Source of the DNA: Mayamaea pseudoterrestris
Lineage: Eukaryota
Direction of reading: 5' to 3'
Length of the DNA stretch: 64,000 nucleotides
NCBI GenBank assembly: GCA_027923505.1
Contig: BROI01000034.1
Coordinates: forward strand, 62,001-126,000
Shown: positions 22,333-35,429 of the stretch, piece by piece
How the letters are laid out: every line of letters begins with the position of its first letter
Position numbering within the stretch: position 1 is the stretch's first letter
The notes under the pieces: generated by a model
The model's input: only the letters and a program-made list of their open reading frames with translations
What the model was told of the DNA's origin: nothing
The model's database searches: none
Translations under genes and position numbers: made by a program

Positions 22333-23835
22333 ATGAACTCGATGCCGTCGAGATTGCTTTCCATCGCTCCGTTCCAAATCAACGCTACCATGATGAGCTT
22401 GCGCGCACTTCTGCCAAGGCATCAGATAGGGTATCTTCAAAATGCTCTGTCTCCAATCGCCTTGAATGATTCGGTATTTTCATCTTATTCACCACAACCT
22501 TGTCATCGTCAGCAACAGCGTCGACGGATCGAAATTCTAATTGATCCCAAGAAGCAGCAACAAAAACAATCAAAAGGAAATAAGCAAAGTTCCAGGTCCA
22601 ATAAATTGTCACACATTTTCATTGATCGCACACGCGTTCGCGTCCGCGGCGGAGAGGGTGGCAAGGGTAGCCTATCGAGTAAACAGGTGTTTCGAGGTGC
22701 CTACAAGCTCAAGCCAGATGGCGGACATGGCGGAAGTGGAGGAAGCGTCATTATAGTTGCAGATCCCAAAGAGCAGTCACTAGGGAGATGGAGCCAGTTT
22801 CCACATGTGCAAGGTACGAAAGGGACGAATGGTGGGTCTCAGGATATGCAGGGGCGGACTGGCAAGAATTTGATATTGAGAGTACCTTGTGGAGTCGTTG
22901 TCAAGAGAGTACTGGACTACGATGAAGTTTGGGATGATGAGAAGCAGAGGGTTGTGGTACCCGAGAACGAGTATATCGAACGATTGGATCCAGAGCACGA
23001 GCCTCCGTTTGAGTGGTACGAAGAGCGCGACAACAAGGAAAGGACGGAGCGACAGACTGTCGTGCTTGCGGACCTCGACGAGCCGGGATCGCATGTGCTC
23101 GTGGCCAAAGGTGGCCGTGGTGGGAGCGGAACGTCGCTGTATGCTAGTCTACATGGTCCTAGACCTGACGACAGAGAGCTCATTGCAAATGCTCAGCCAC
23201 AACCTGGCGAGGAAGTATTCCTAGAACTTGAATTGAAAATGATTGCAGACTTGGGCCTGGTCGGCTTTCCAAATGCCGGAAAGAGTAGTCTTCTTCGAGC
23301 CATGAGTCGAGCAACACCAGAGGTAGCTCCGTATCCTTTCACGACGCTTCATCCGCTCATGGGCGTCATCGAATACAGTGATGGCTTCCGCGTCCGAGCT
23401 GCAGATATACCTGGTCTCGTAGCAGGAGCTTCGGTTGGGAAAGGCAAGGGGCATGATTTTTTGCGCCACATTGAACGAACCAAGGCACTCCTATATATCG
23501 TCGACGTGGCTGGAACGGACTATAGAGATCCACGAGAGGATTTAGCGGTATTGGTAAACGAATTGTCTTCGTACGGAGATGGCAGTCTCATGGAGCGGCG
23601 CACAATCGTGGTGGCGAATAAGGTTGACCTGCTTGCACAAGAAGATGTATTAATCGTCTTAAAAGACCTTGAAAAGGTTGCCAGAGATGCTGGTATTCTT
23701 GGGGATGATCAACCAATCTTTGCAATAAGTGCTGGTGTTACTGGAGAAGGTTTGGCCGACCTATCGCGAGCCATACGGAACGTCGTTGAAAGTGCAGACG
23801 ACGATAGGAGCATTGCCTTTGAAGCTACTTTATAA
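22333..23835 (+). CDS. Obg-family GTPase (organellar, MTG2/ObgE-like)
   Basis: Gly-rich Obg fold (FIDRTRVRVRGGEGGKG, PDGGHGGSGG), G1 GFPNAGKSS, G2 YPFTT, G3 DIPG, G4 NKVD. Start ATG is uncertain (22333-22393). Confidence 0.92.
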   Translation: MNSMPSRLLSIAPFQINATMMSLRALLPRHQIGYLQNALSPIALNDSVFSSYSPQPCHRQQQRRRIEILIDPKKQQQKQSKGNKQSSRSNKLSHIFIDRTRVRVRGGEGGKGSLSSKQVFRGAYKLKPDGGHGGSGGSVIIVADPKEQSLGRWSQFPHVQGTKGTNGGSQDMQGRTGKNLILRVPCGVVVKRVLDYDEVWDDEKQRVVVPENEYIERLDPEHEPPFEWYEERDNKERTERQTVVLADLDEPGSHVLVAKGGRGGSGTSLYASLHGPRPDDRELIANAQPQPGEEVFLELELKMIADLGLVGFPNAGKSSLLRAMSRATPEVAPYPFTTLHPLMGVIEYSDGFRVRAADIPGLVAGASVGKGKGHDFLRHIERTKALLYIVDVAGTDYRDPREDLAVLVNELSSYGDGSLMERRTIVVANKVDLLAQEDVLIVLKDLEKVARDAGILGDDQPIFAISAGVTGEGLADLSRAIRNVVESADDDRSIAFEATL

Positions 23836-23858
23836 ATTAACGCTTAAGCTGTTATTTT

Positions 23859-26800
23859 TTATCCGGCCGTATCGGTGCTTGCTTCAGTGGGATAGTCCAA
23901 CACTTGTTGGCGATTTTTTAGACGGCAAAGCGCGGGTTTCATGGCCTTGCTTCCATGGAAGATGGTCGAGAACGATCCTACCATAATCAACTTGCATTTC
24001 GCTCTGGTTACTGCGACGTTCAGGCGCCGAAAGTCTTCTAATAAACGACCCACCTTCTTTTTCTCATTGCTGCGGACAAAAGAAATGATGATCACTGCCT
24101 TGTCCCGGCCTTGATAGCGATCGATGGTGCTGACTTCAAGACCTTTTGTCTTTGCCGTCGCAATCGAGGGGCACTTGCTGATGAAGTGAACCTGCAGTAT
24201 GTGGCTGTAAGAATGATGCTGTTTATTTATTACATGATTGGGTCGCTTTGCTTTGCTGCTTACCTGGGCCCGGAACGGACTAATGACGCCAACAGTGTCG
24301 GCTTGGACCCCGCAATCTACTAAACTGCCGACGATATTCCGGACAATTGTCGACTCTGTAGCGTTAACAGTTTTACCGGCACGCGTGTGTTCAAGAGGCG
24401 TAAAACTTTCTTCTATTGCGGAGTCAGTATTGATGAAAACGACAGGCATGGCGGGATTTAGGGTATCGCGCAGCCAACCTTGCGCCACGTTCTCAGGGTA
24501 ACCTGTTAGCACCAGCATCTGATTGCGAACATTATCATTCGCGCATTTGAGAGCGCCATTGTAAATTAAATCGTTACTCATCTGACAGATGTCTGCGTTC
24601 ATGCGATATTGAAAGCTTAATTTAGCGACCACGTCCGGATGGGCATCAGCGAGGAGCTTTAACATGGAAACACCGTAGCCTGGAGGACAAAATGCACGGA
24701 ATGTAAGAAGCGACGAATCTCATGCTTTAGCTATCCGCACACTCAGGCAAAAGCACTCACCTCCTTTCTCGGCAAGTTCACTGCTGACCAGCGGCGGAAG
24801 CTGCATGTGATCTCCCACAAGAACAAAAGTATCAGCAGACATTAGCGCTCCAATTATTGCTGGTTGACTTATTTGCCCAGCTTCGTCGACGATAACGACA
24901 TCGAATTGTTGACCCAAGAGCTGAGGCGACCGGGGAGCTGTCAAAACAGTGACTGCGACAATTTTAGCCGAATCAATGGTGCGTCGCACGAAAGTCGCCA
25001 GCTCCATACCATCGCCTTGTGTTAGGGCATTCTTTTCGATGTCTTCTGCTATGGTAGATGTCATCACTGGTAAGATTCCTTCGTGACAGTCTCCGGGACG
25101 ACCGACCCGAACCAACGGAGGCAATGGATGGCCAGAGTTTGTGGTGGCAACGCCCTTATCCATCAATTTCAACACAACATTGTCCACCGCCGCATTCGTA
25201 TATGATGTGACAAGAATTCGTTTGTCATGGGCCGCAAGCAGCCTGATCAGGAAAGTGATTGTACTTGTTTTGCCTGTGCGTGAAAACGTATAAAATTAAT
25301 GAAACTATAAAATATGTGTTAACATGGGAGTTACTCCGAGAAAACTTACCTGAACCTGGAAACCCTTGAATTAACGTATAGTCTGTGGCTGTGAACGCGG
25401 CTGTAATAGCCAACTGCTGGTCTGGATTCATTTCCGCATACTCTAATGCGAGATCCAAGAAGTCGCACCCAGGTACCAGCGGAGTGTCCGGCGGAGGCGT
25501 AAACAAGTCTTGCTGCAATTTATCATTGAAGCTAGGACGTCGAAGCCGAACGATTGCATCCCGGAGACGCTGCAGACGATTGCCAGCAGTATAATGGGAA
25601 GTTGTATCAGCGCTGAACAAATTAACAATGTTTTGACGCAAGGTTGATATTCCAGTGGCCACATGATCCTTGTCTATTCGGAAGCGAGTATCAGATTGTA
25701 CAGAAACAAGTTTATCCATCCTTTCCAAGTCAGCGACAGATCCCCGAACTGCTATACGGCTAGCGGAGATTGACTGTATTATGCCTCGAACAAGATGCAT
25801 TGGGTAACGGCGTGCCTTAAAATCCATTTTCCTGTCTTCGCCTGCGGATGTTGCTGTATCGCAACTTACAATCACGAGCGCACCAGGCTCAAGTCCGAAA
25901 TCTGTGAGTGGGACGTCCTGGCCTAGTGCAGACTTCCGGACGAATGAAACTGACACAGCACTCCGACCTTCGGGGTTTGTTGGTGGTATAGATAGTGAAA
26001 CGTGGGGATCATAATGAAGGTTTGCCAGGCAATTTGAAGTGCTTTGCCTTTCTGTCGAGTCGACAAGCCACGCTTGTGTGATAAGTGCGTGTTCGGCGTC
26101 TGCCTCCAGGTCTATGAGACGGTCAAAATGTTGGAAGTAAGCCAAATCGTCAGATTGCAGATGCCCAGTAAAAGCTTGCAGTAAATCTTTGTGAACACTA
26201 GGGCTGTCAAGTGGACCCAATTTTGTCGCGGCGGCCGCGTACAGCATGCATTCACGATTCATGTAGCACTTTTGACACTTGTGAGCATCAATCGGCAACT
26301 CTGGTAACGCAGCCACTGATGATCCCAGGAGCTCCACGCTATTTAAGAAGTTAAAGGTTAGAGACAAGTACAATTTTCAATTTCAAGTTGCATACATTCA
26401 ATTTGATGGAGGACACTTACTTCGCTCCGTTTGACGTATCAGGAGCATTTTGGAATGATATAGCATCTCCGCGTGGCCGAGCAGCACGGAGCGTTTCAAT
26501 AGCGACTTGGTTTCGCTGTCCCAACAGTGATTTTAAAACCGATAAACTCGGATTGGAAGACACAACACGAGCAGCATCATTGTTCATGTACAAGAGCATA
26601 CCATTTTCGCCGGCACTTTCAAATGACGTTGAGCTCGAGCAGTCGGCAACGAACCGCGAACGACGCATAATCATGTACAGCACCAATTGAGCCACATGTG
26701 CATCATTAGTCCGTTGTATGTGACCTGTCTTCAGTTCGACGCACATGGTGGAGACATCCGGACGTGAATTGGTTATATTTACGCTTTCAGTCGACGCCTT

Positions 26801-28633
26801 GACCAGCATATCGATGTTCCCCTTCAGACCAAGCTCTGGCGATACGACGGGCTCCTCAACCGCTTCTACTTCTAAGACCCGACATCGGATAGGAGCACTC
26901 AATCCGCAAGGCTCCAAAGCGGTAAGCTGAGCTGACTTTGACGATATCTGATTACCGAGGCATGTATATTGAGACGCGAACGCTTGTAGCTGCGGAACAA
27001 ATTTGATTAACTCCATTGCCGCCTCGCGAGGCGTAACTTTGCACGCCAGCAGTCCGTCTGCGTTTTCGCGAATGATACGCGAGATATGCCTTCTCGCAGA
27101 ATCAATGGCAAAATTGTTTTCCCTCATGCTGGCTTCGAATAACTCATGGCGCATGGTTCCGTACAGTGGGGCGATGGAGGTGAGTCCGGTTGATCCGAGC
27201 CTATTTTTGAGCACAGCGCGCCGCACGCAAGAAATACCCTCCGTGATAACTGTCGGAGTAAGGAGCATGTCGGGATGCACAATCAGTAAGTAATCGTCTT
27301 CAACAGTTCCAGGGCGCGAAATGGTGCGGAGAGTCAGCGGAAGCGCGTCGGCATCCGTCCCTAGCTGCCCCGATAGGGAGCAAATATGAATGTAGTCACC
27401 TTGCTCGATCGGAGTGAGATACCACTCGCCGCACAGATGAACGAGACCATCTGCCGCCCAACTCCGATCTTTTAAAGACTCGTAACGTCTTGCAAAGTCA
27501 TCCGCCTTGTGCATGGACTTATTGAGGGCGACTTCCTCAAGCATTTCTGTTCGCCATGCAGCGACTGTAAGCGTCTTTGTAAATGTGTGCTTGTCGTCAT
27601 GCACCCATAACACCCTGTATCTCGAATAAGTTAGGCATCCATCAACAGCATCAACTGACTGGCGAGCTTGATTTTGTTGGGTAGCTGGCAATATACCATC
27701 ACTTTGAGCGGCATGGACATTTTGTTGAGAAATTTGCTGTGTGATTGAATCGTCGAACGCAGCAAAATCAATATCATTTGGAAAGTCGCCAAACTCATCA
27801 TCGGTATGATTGACAACTTGTTTAGAGACTTTTTGGATAGCTGCAGGTGACTGACATTGTCCGAAGGAGGGTAGATTATGAATCGTTTCCGTTTGATTGA
27901 CTGCGTTTTCTTTCTGTGTCGCCTGCACCAAAGCGTCCAACGCGGCAAAATCATCCATACTTAAGTCAAGGTCGTCAAACTCATCGCTGATTGTCATCTT
28001 TTGTGCTACATGTGAATTGTCTCGTACGAGAGGGGATTTTGTTTCGACGGACGTGCGATCCGAGGAACTGACTTCTGCTGCTGCAGCTGCATTCGTATTC
28101 GAACCATCGTCTGGCGGAGTCTTCACCTGCTGCAGTAATGATGCAAACTCATTGTTTCGCGACTGAGGAGTCTTTGTTAAAGGCATTGGAGAAAGTTTTC
28201 TGTTGTTATCCAAAGGTTTTGCAGTTGCAGAATTGGTACTTTTTTCACCCACGACCATCTCTTGCAAAGCGCACTGTCGTCTCCGACGCTTTCTGCTAAT
28301 CAAATTATTGTTACTTTTCTTGTTTGCACCTGTCTGGTTGGTTTCATGAGCCGCAATAATGCGCGTGACTTCGGAGAGTGACGGTCGAGGTTTTCTCGTT
28401 GCAGCTCGTCGCTTGACAGTTTCGCCGCTACTGCTCGCCGATGACGTATTCGATGGTCCACTGGATGGAGTTTCGCGCGCTGCACCTGGCGTTCGAAAAG
28501 TGGGCGAGGCGAGTCTTCGAAGATCAACGCCGCAGCCTTCGTTCCAAACGACGCACTCGTCCTGCGAAAGCTGCGTTTCGCCGTTGAGGTTTTCGGGGTA
28601 TTCGTCTTGGTCACCAGTCGCATCAAAGTTCAT
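23859..28633 (-). CDS. DNA2: DNA2 nuclease/helicase, 5 exons (introns ~26339-26420, 25274-25349, 24680-24760, 24192-24263)
   Basis: CVRR..GTMRHELF..GLKGNID..ELKTG nuclease, KCQKCYMNREC Fe-S cysteines, spliced GFPGSG|KTS P-loop, VDEAGQ, VGDHMQLPP, QYRM, STIDRYQGRDK, RRLNVAVTRAK. GT..AG introns restore the frame. Confidence 0.93.
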
Positions 28634-28895
28634 AGTTCGTGTGAACGAATCGCAGTCAATGGAAGCGTTTCTTTTGACCGCGTACTGGGATGTAATGAAG
28701 CAATAGGGTTGACCAGCAGCATCGGCATCAGTTGATCGGCGGATGGTCCATGGTTGGCGAGAGGATCGGATCCGGATTTTGCGCAAGTCGTCTCGTTACT
28801 CAAATTGTGTCGTACTTGACGCCACTATGGGCGAAAGTGTGGGTGATGGAATGACCTTCATTCGTCGCGTTCATCGCACAATAACCAAAGTAACC

Positions 28896-31629
28896 ATGGT
28901 GGTTCCAATGGCGCCCAAGCGCAAGCAGGCAAGCCATGACGCAGCTGCCTCGGATCTAAAGGCTCGCATATTCCTTGGCGTCGCTTGTTTCTGGCCTTTT
29001 CTCATCTTGGCGCTCTTCGCCGCGTCGGCTCCACGAGTGGAAACGGAGCAATCCTTGGCCGCGCTATCGTCCGACGCCAAACAATTAAAGAGTAGCTTGC
29101 GCAATGTACTGGATCGAGTCGATGTATTAGGATACGGACCGACGCATCCGCGTGTGGCAGTCGTTGTGGTAGGCGATGATACGAATCAACTACTAAAGAC
29201 GGTTGAAAATGTCTTTTTGCACACTGATATGAATCGGATCTTTGTCGTCTGCGTTGTGGTGGAAGGAGCGGCGGAGAGTCCTCAATTAGTCAATCAATTC
29301 AGAAAGATAGATCAAGGTAGTACTCCGCATTGGCATGGTCTACGTCCGGATATTCACTCGGAGGAGCACGCGAACAAGAAGGAAGATTTAGACGACGATC
29401 CTCACGGATACAAGATGAAACTATTCTTTCACCCAGAAAAGCAAGGACTTGCGGAGAGCAGAAGTGAGGCAGTTCAGTTTGTTTCTATACTCAATAAACA
29501 TCACGAAAACGCTGGACTCAAGTCACCAAATGAGGACATTATCTTATTACTCTTGCAACAAGGAGTTCAAATCGAATCTACAAAGTGGATTGCACCCGTC
29601 ACGTCAGCACTCATTGTTCCTCCACCTTTACTAGGAGAAGCGGATGCAGAAGTGGCAATCAAAATGGCAAATGCTGTTGCGTTTAACACAGAGGGACCAG
29701 GAAGACGAACGTCGTTTGACACGACCTTTACACCACTCTTATCATCGCCGTCGACGGAGGAGCTCAATGCGTCTAACGGAGATTCATACCCGGCACCTGC
29801 CTTTAGCGGAGCTGCCATTGCCATGCGTCTTGATACTTTTGTCAATCTCCCGTCGCATGACACCTCACTGACGGAGGAATGGCCTGCCAATTTGGAGCTC
29901 ACCCTTAATTTGTGGCTTTGCGGCGATGGCATTGATGTCTTGAAAGATGTAAAGGCCACTACCGCTAGCCAAGTCATGTCAGCAGCACTTCCTCCGCAAT
30001 CAGCAGCTCGGTTCGCCGCCGCGTGGATGGATGGGGCCACGCAGAAACGGTTCTTTCATGCGTATCGTATTTCCTACCCAGAACTTACCTACTTGGAATG
30101 GGAAACACTTATGGGCAAGGCCAAACAAGCAGCGACATTTACCAAGGATTTGCCTAAAAAATGCCGAAGCTTTAAGTGGTTTGCAGAAACGATCAATCCC
30201 GACATTCGGGCCATCCTCGCAGAGTCTGAGGATGCCGAAAGCGAGGAGCGTTCGATGAAGGAAGAAGACGACGAACGAGAGGAGGAGGAGCAGGACTTGA
30301 GCGACGCTAAATCGGTAGACGAAAAAGCGGCAGGCAAAGAAGCATCGATGAACGATAAGGGTGATGATGAATTTAGCATTCCGGAACGAAAGGACGACGG
30401 GAAAAAGCCGTCCGAGCCGCTTTGTCCGAAATGTCTCGAGATTGTGCAAAAGGCAAAACCCATTGATATAAGTTTTGTTGATGTGTCTAACGGTCATAAG
30501 GAGCATCCTCATAAGGGTGCAACCGACGAGCATGGAAAGCTTGGATATATTCACGATGAAACGGCTCTTCGAAAGAACCCTCCGGCTCTAAATTACCCCG
30601 AGGCCAGCCTTCGCGAAGCGTGCCTAAAACGTGACAACAACTATAAAATGTTGAATGAAAGGGTGTATGTCGACCTCGAATATGACAAGAAGATGCAGGC
30701 ATCTGGCAAGCCGCGGCCTAAGATCTTTTGTTTTGTTTACACGATTGATTCAGGTCACTCAAAGATTCCGAATATTCGTGAAACTTGGGGGTGAGTGATG
30801 ATTTGGCATGGTTATGCTTTTATCGGGAAAGAGCGACGTTGACCAACATTATTCTTTTTCATTCTTTTCTTGCAGACCAAAGTGTGATGGCTTCATGGTT
30901 GCTTCCAATCTGACAGATCCTACGATTGGTGCTGTCAACATTGTCCACGACGGTCCCGAAACATACAATAACATTTGGCAGAAGGTTCGGAGCATGTGGA
31001 GCTACATTTATGATAATTACTACACATCATACGATTTTTTCCACATTGGAGGCGATGATTTGATGCTCATTGTGGAGAACTTACGCTACTACTTGGAGAG
31101 CGAGGAGATCCAGACGGCACAGAACGGAGGAATCTTTCTGCCAGACGGAACGGAGACGACCCAAGTTCCGCTCTTCCTCGGACGCCGATTCGCGTACCTT
31201 GGAGATCAGAACGATATATTCAATTCCGGAGGATCAGGTTACACTTTGAATAAAGCCGCTCTGAAAACACTTGTGGTGAACGGATTTCCCGAGTACTTTC
31301 CTCACGCAGTAACATTTTCAGAGGATACCATGGTAGCTCGAGTATACCGCCACTTTGGCGTCTACCCCTACGAGACGAAGGACAAGGACGGAGGCGAACG
31401 ATACATGCCATTCCTTCCTGGGCATCACTATGGCTATCGAATCCCCAAAAACACGAATGAAGACTGGTACGCCAAGTACTCAATCGATATCAAGGAAGGA
31501 CCAGAGCATTGTTCACCAAGAAGTATTGCGTTCCACTACGTGAAAGATAACGGCATGAAGAGGCTCTTTGCGCTGCTGTATCACCTTTGCCCACCAGACA
31601 CTCTGGATCCTCCCGCCAGTAAATCGTAA
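28896..31629 (+). CDS. Type II membrane glycosyltransferase: degenerate ppGalNAc-T (GT27)-like domain fused to a core-1 beta-1,3-galactosyltransferase (C1GALT1-like, GT31) domain; intron 30791-30875
   Basis: N-terminal TM helix. GT27-like motifs PAPAFSGAAIAM..NLELTLNLWLCG..RFAAAWMD..CRSFKWF. GT31 motifs KIFCFVYT..TWG|PKCD..NIWQKVR..GGDD..VENLRYYL..SGGSGY..ED..CS..IAFHYV. Confidence 0.85.
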
Positions 31630-33147
31630 TTGGGCGCAGGTAAATTACGACAAAGTCAACTTGGGTTATAATAGCTTTTACATGCTGCTGTTTTTTAAGT
31701 GACTGATACGTTACGTAGCTTGTCCAATTAAAGAGCGCAACACTCAGCTTCCCTTCAGAGATTCCGGATCGCTTCAAAGATGAGCACTTTTCCGCAGAGA
31801 AAGTTTTCGACGACTACAGTATAGGCTTCTGTGCGCAGGAGCCCCACTCCACCATTTGTTCCTTCCCTGACTTTCATTTTAATCTACTTCTTATCTTTGT
31901 CGTTCCATGTCGTCTTTTAGCGCCTGCCACATCGCGATTGTCCCAAGCGCCAAGTCGCTGCATGTAGTGCACCTCTTCGGTTTAATCGGGCTGCTTTTAC
32001 CTTTTCGCAAACATGAAAGGCTATAAATGTGAAGCCTTACCTTTCTCCGAGTCCGTCTGAAAGATTGAAGGCTCCGCGAAACAAATGATGGACCTTAAAG
32101 AACGTACTTAATCATCTTGATTTTCCTCTTGCTCCTTACTCCAAAGCTTGCGATACTGCTCGGGAGTATCTCCATCAAACACATATATCACTGTTCAATA
32201 GAAACAGTGCATAGAGGGTTAGACAAAATGTGGATCGTATCGTCACATTAGCGCCGAAAAACTAATACACGCATTGCCCGCACATCGACGCAAGTTGCAG
32301 CGCTTACTTTGCAAGACCGATACGCGAGCGAGCTCATTGACATCAATGCCATAGTTCCTTGGAGTAGAACACTAGCGATACATATATAGTTGTCTCGCTT
32401 GAGGAGATTAATGAGTACGGTAACTAAAATGTCGCAATTGACGCTGCGCTATTCGAACCGATCAGGGATGTCTTTCATCGCACCGCGACTAATCTGTCAC
32501 AGTGGTCGAATTTGGACCACGTACGTCGTAAGAGAGGAGAAAATGCGAACACGTCGCGGACACGAATTTCGGAAAGTGCGTATCTACCATTGCCCTTATC
32601 TTCCGACTTACGTAGCTGGCGCAGACTTCAAGCTGCTCTCTTATGTCCTGATGTACTCCTTGCCAATTGCTTCGCCAATTGATACGGAAGATCATCATGC
32701 TCCAGCTGTCAACGCTTGGAGTGTCACGCACTATCAGTGAAACTGTCATTTGGATATTGCCCCGTGTTGAGCCACGACAGCGATGTTTTAGTATCCCATA
32801 AAAAGTACTAATTTTTGCCGGCTGTCAAATTACCGCAACCGGGAGACGCCAGAATGACCTTCTCGGACATTTACCAGCCGCTGGCACCCCGCGATCCGTG
32901 GAGACTCCGTTTAGTCGACGACCAAGAATTCGGTATTCACTATTCTTCACGGTTCGCCGGTAAAGGGGCATATCACCGCGGAAGGGGTCGGAAGGGAAAA
33001 CGTCGGGCAGCGCGAATGCCGTCCAATGTCACCGTCCGGGTGGTCAGTACGCAAGGCAAACCGCACCTCCCGGGCGGCGCTAGTGCAAAACCACTTTCAC
33101 TTTCCTTGACGCTCTGTAGACTTTAATTGCATTAATTTGAATTGAAA

Positions 33148-35427
33148 ATGAATCAATCTAGAATAAGGTCACTAGAAGACTCGCAGAGGGATGATCGCAG
33201 TGTCAACCCGAGCAAGAGGATGCGCCTAGCGTCTCCTTGCGGGTCCGCTGCTGTAGCAAGCTGTTCCAGTTCAGCATGTTCTAATTCGCCTGATGAAATT
33301 GCTAATTTGAACGCCACTGGCATGAACATTCTACATTGCGACCCGTCCGAGGCAGAGCGCTGTTTCTCTCAAGCCTTGAGCCTTGGAAATAACAAATTTT
33401 CCGCCAAGCCTGCAGCGTCCAAAATGGGTGCTGCACCAGCGCTTGCACCAGCGGCTGCGAGCTCGCCACGACTCTCGTTTTGCGCCAAGAGCCCGGTCAA
33501 TACGCATAACGACAAGACGAAACTGCTTTATATTTACCAAAGACAAGAATACGATGAAGGAATGTACGCATACAGTGAAGCTCTTCCCATTGAAGAACAT
33601 CTAACCGATTCGGTGAGGTCTGCCACGCTCATGTACAATGTGGGTCAGACTCATGTTCGCCGCGCCAAGTACTTTGAAGCGAGAAAGTGGTTTGAACTTG
33701 CATTGGTTCGTCTCAAGCTTGATCCGACGAAGAACATGGCGATAACCAACATGTACTATGTCCGCGTCTTTCACAATCTCGGCCATTGCCTCTACCGGCT
33801 TGGAAAGAATGAGGATGCCATGCGGTGTTACCAAAAGGCACTCGCACAAGTGCAGCAAGCAAAGCTTGGTAGCTATCACGAAGCAGTCGCCAACAACTGC
33901 CTCGCCGTCTTGCTTTTTCACAACAATATTGACTCGGCCAAGGCGCTCGATCTCTTTCGTGAGGCGCTTGTTGAGTATCGCAAGCACCTTGGTAGTGATA
34001 GTCGCGAAGTCGCAACAGTCTTGAATAACATTGGACGGGTGCACTACTTAAAGTCCAACTACGATGAAGCTCTTGAAGTGTACGAGGAAGGACTCGCGAT
34101 TCGTCGCAAGATTCTAGGAACGGAGAGTATTGGTATGTGTTTCAACAGCATGGAGTGTCTTTGATCATTTTCTATCGTCGGTATGTGTCTCACCTTTGTA
34201 CGCTTGCTATCTCGTTTACTAGATGTCGCTGCAACTATTTGCAACACTGGACAATCCTACCACCAGCGGGGAGATCTATCTAAGGCAATGGAGATGTACA
34301 AGGAGTTTCTCGAGCTTGCTTCCACACTATTAGGCCCGAATCATCGTGACATTGCCGTCATTTACAAGTGCATGGCTGAAATTCACCATTCGCAGTCAGA
34401 GACAGAACTCGCCAAGACAATGTTTGAGAAGGCACTGGCCGCTGGTCAACAAGCTTTAGGGGCCTTCCATCCCGAACTCGCCTCGACTTTGAACAAGCTT
34501 GGGAATTTGCATTATGAAATGAACGACATGGACACCGCCCTCAAGTACTACATCGAAGGACTTCACGTTGAGCAAATGGTGCTAAGCCCTGATCATCCAC
34601 ACATCATAATAACGCTGTTAAACATTGCCCAGATTCACCGGCATCAAGGCAAGTACGCGGCAGCCTTGCTGAGATACGGCGAAGTCCGTGAACTACAACT
34701 CAAGTCCTTTGGTCCCAACAGCATTGCTGTTGCTACGACGCTGTCGAGCATGGGCTTGATGGAGTACCAGCTGAAGGCATACTCGGCTGCGTTTGATCTC
34801 TACCAACAAGCACTCCGCATCCAGCGAGATCATTATGGCAATGATGATCACTTGGATGTGGCTGCGTCGTTGAATTCGATCGGTTTGGTCCTGTTCAATC
34901 AGAGCGAGTACACGCTTGCCAAGCAGTGCTTCACTGACAGCCTACGCATTCGCCGAGAACAGCTCGGATCGAACCACCGTGACGTTGCCATCCTTTGGTA
35001 CAACATTGCTACCATCTATCTTGAAACCGGTGAAGATGATGTGGCAGTCAAGCTTTACAAGGAGACACTTCGCGTGGAGCGTCTTTCTCTTGGTGCCAAG
35101 CATCATGATGTTATACTTACGCTGCAGCACCTGGGTCTTGTCCATCAGCAACGAGGGGAGTTGGATGAAGCTCGTACCTACTTTTGCGAAGCTCTGGAGA
35201 TTGAACGAACCAAGAAGGACGAGTCGCGACTTGCGATCGGCAAGCTGCTGAATCTGATTGGCAACATTCATCTTCAACGAGCCAATGTGAAGGAAATGAT
35301 GGAATGTTACATTGAAGCATCCCGCATTTATGAAGCGATTTCAGATCAGGCGGAGAGCCTTGTCATTGCTGGCTACAACTTTTACGGCCTCAGCACTTTG
35401 CATCCACCTACTGCCGCAAGCGCTTAG
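33148..35427 (+). CDS. TPR-repeat protein (kinesin-light-chain-like 42-aa TPRs); intron 34133-34222
   Basis: Repeated ..LG..H.DVA..LN.IG..H...G....A...Y..AL.I units. The GTATGT..TAG intron joins ESI|DVA in frame. Confidence 0.88.
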
Positions 35428-35429
35428 GT

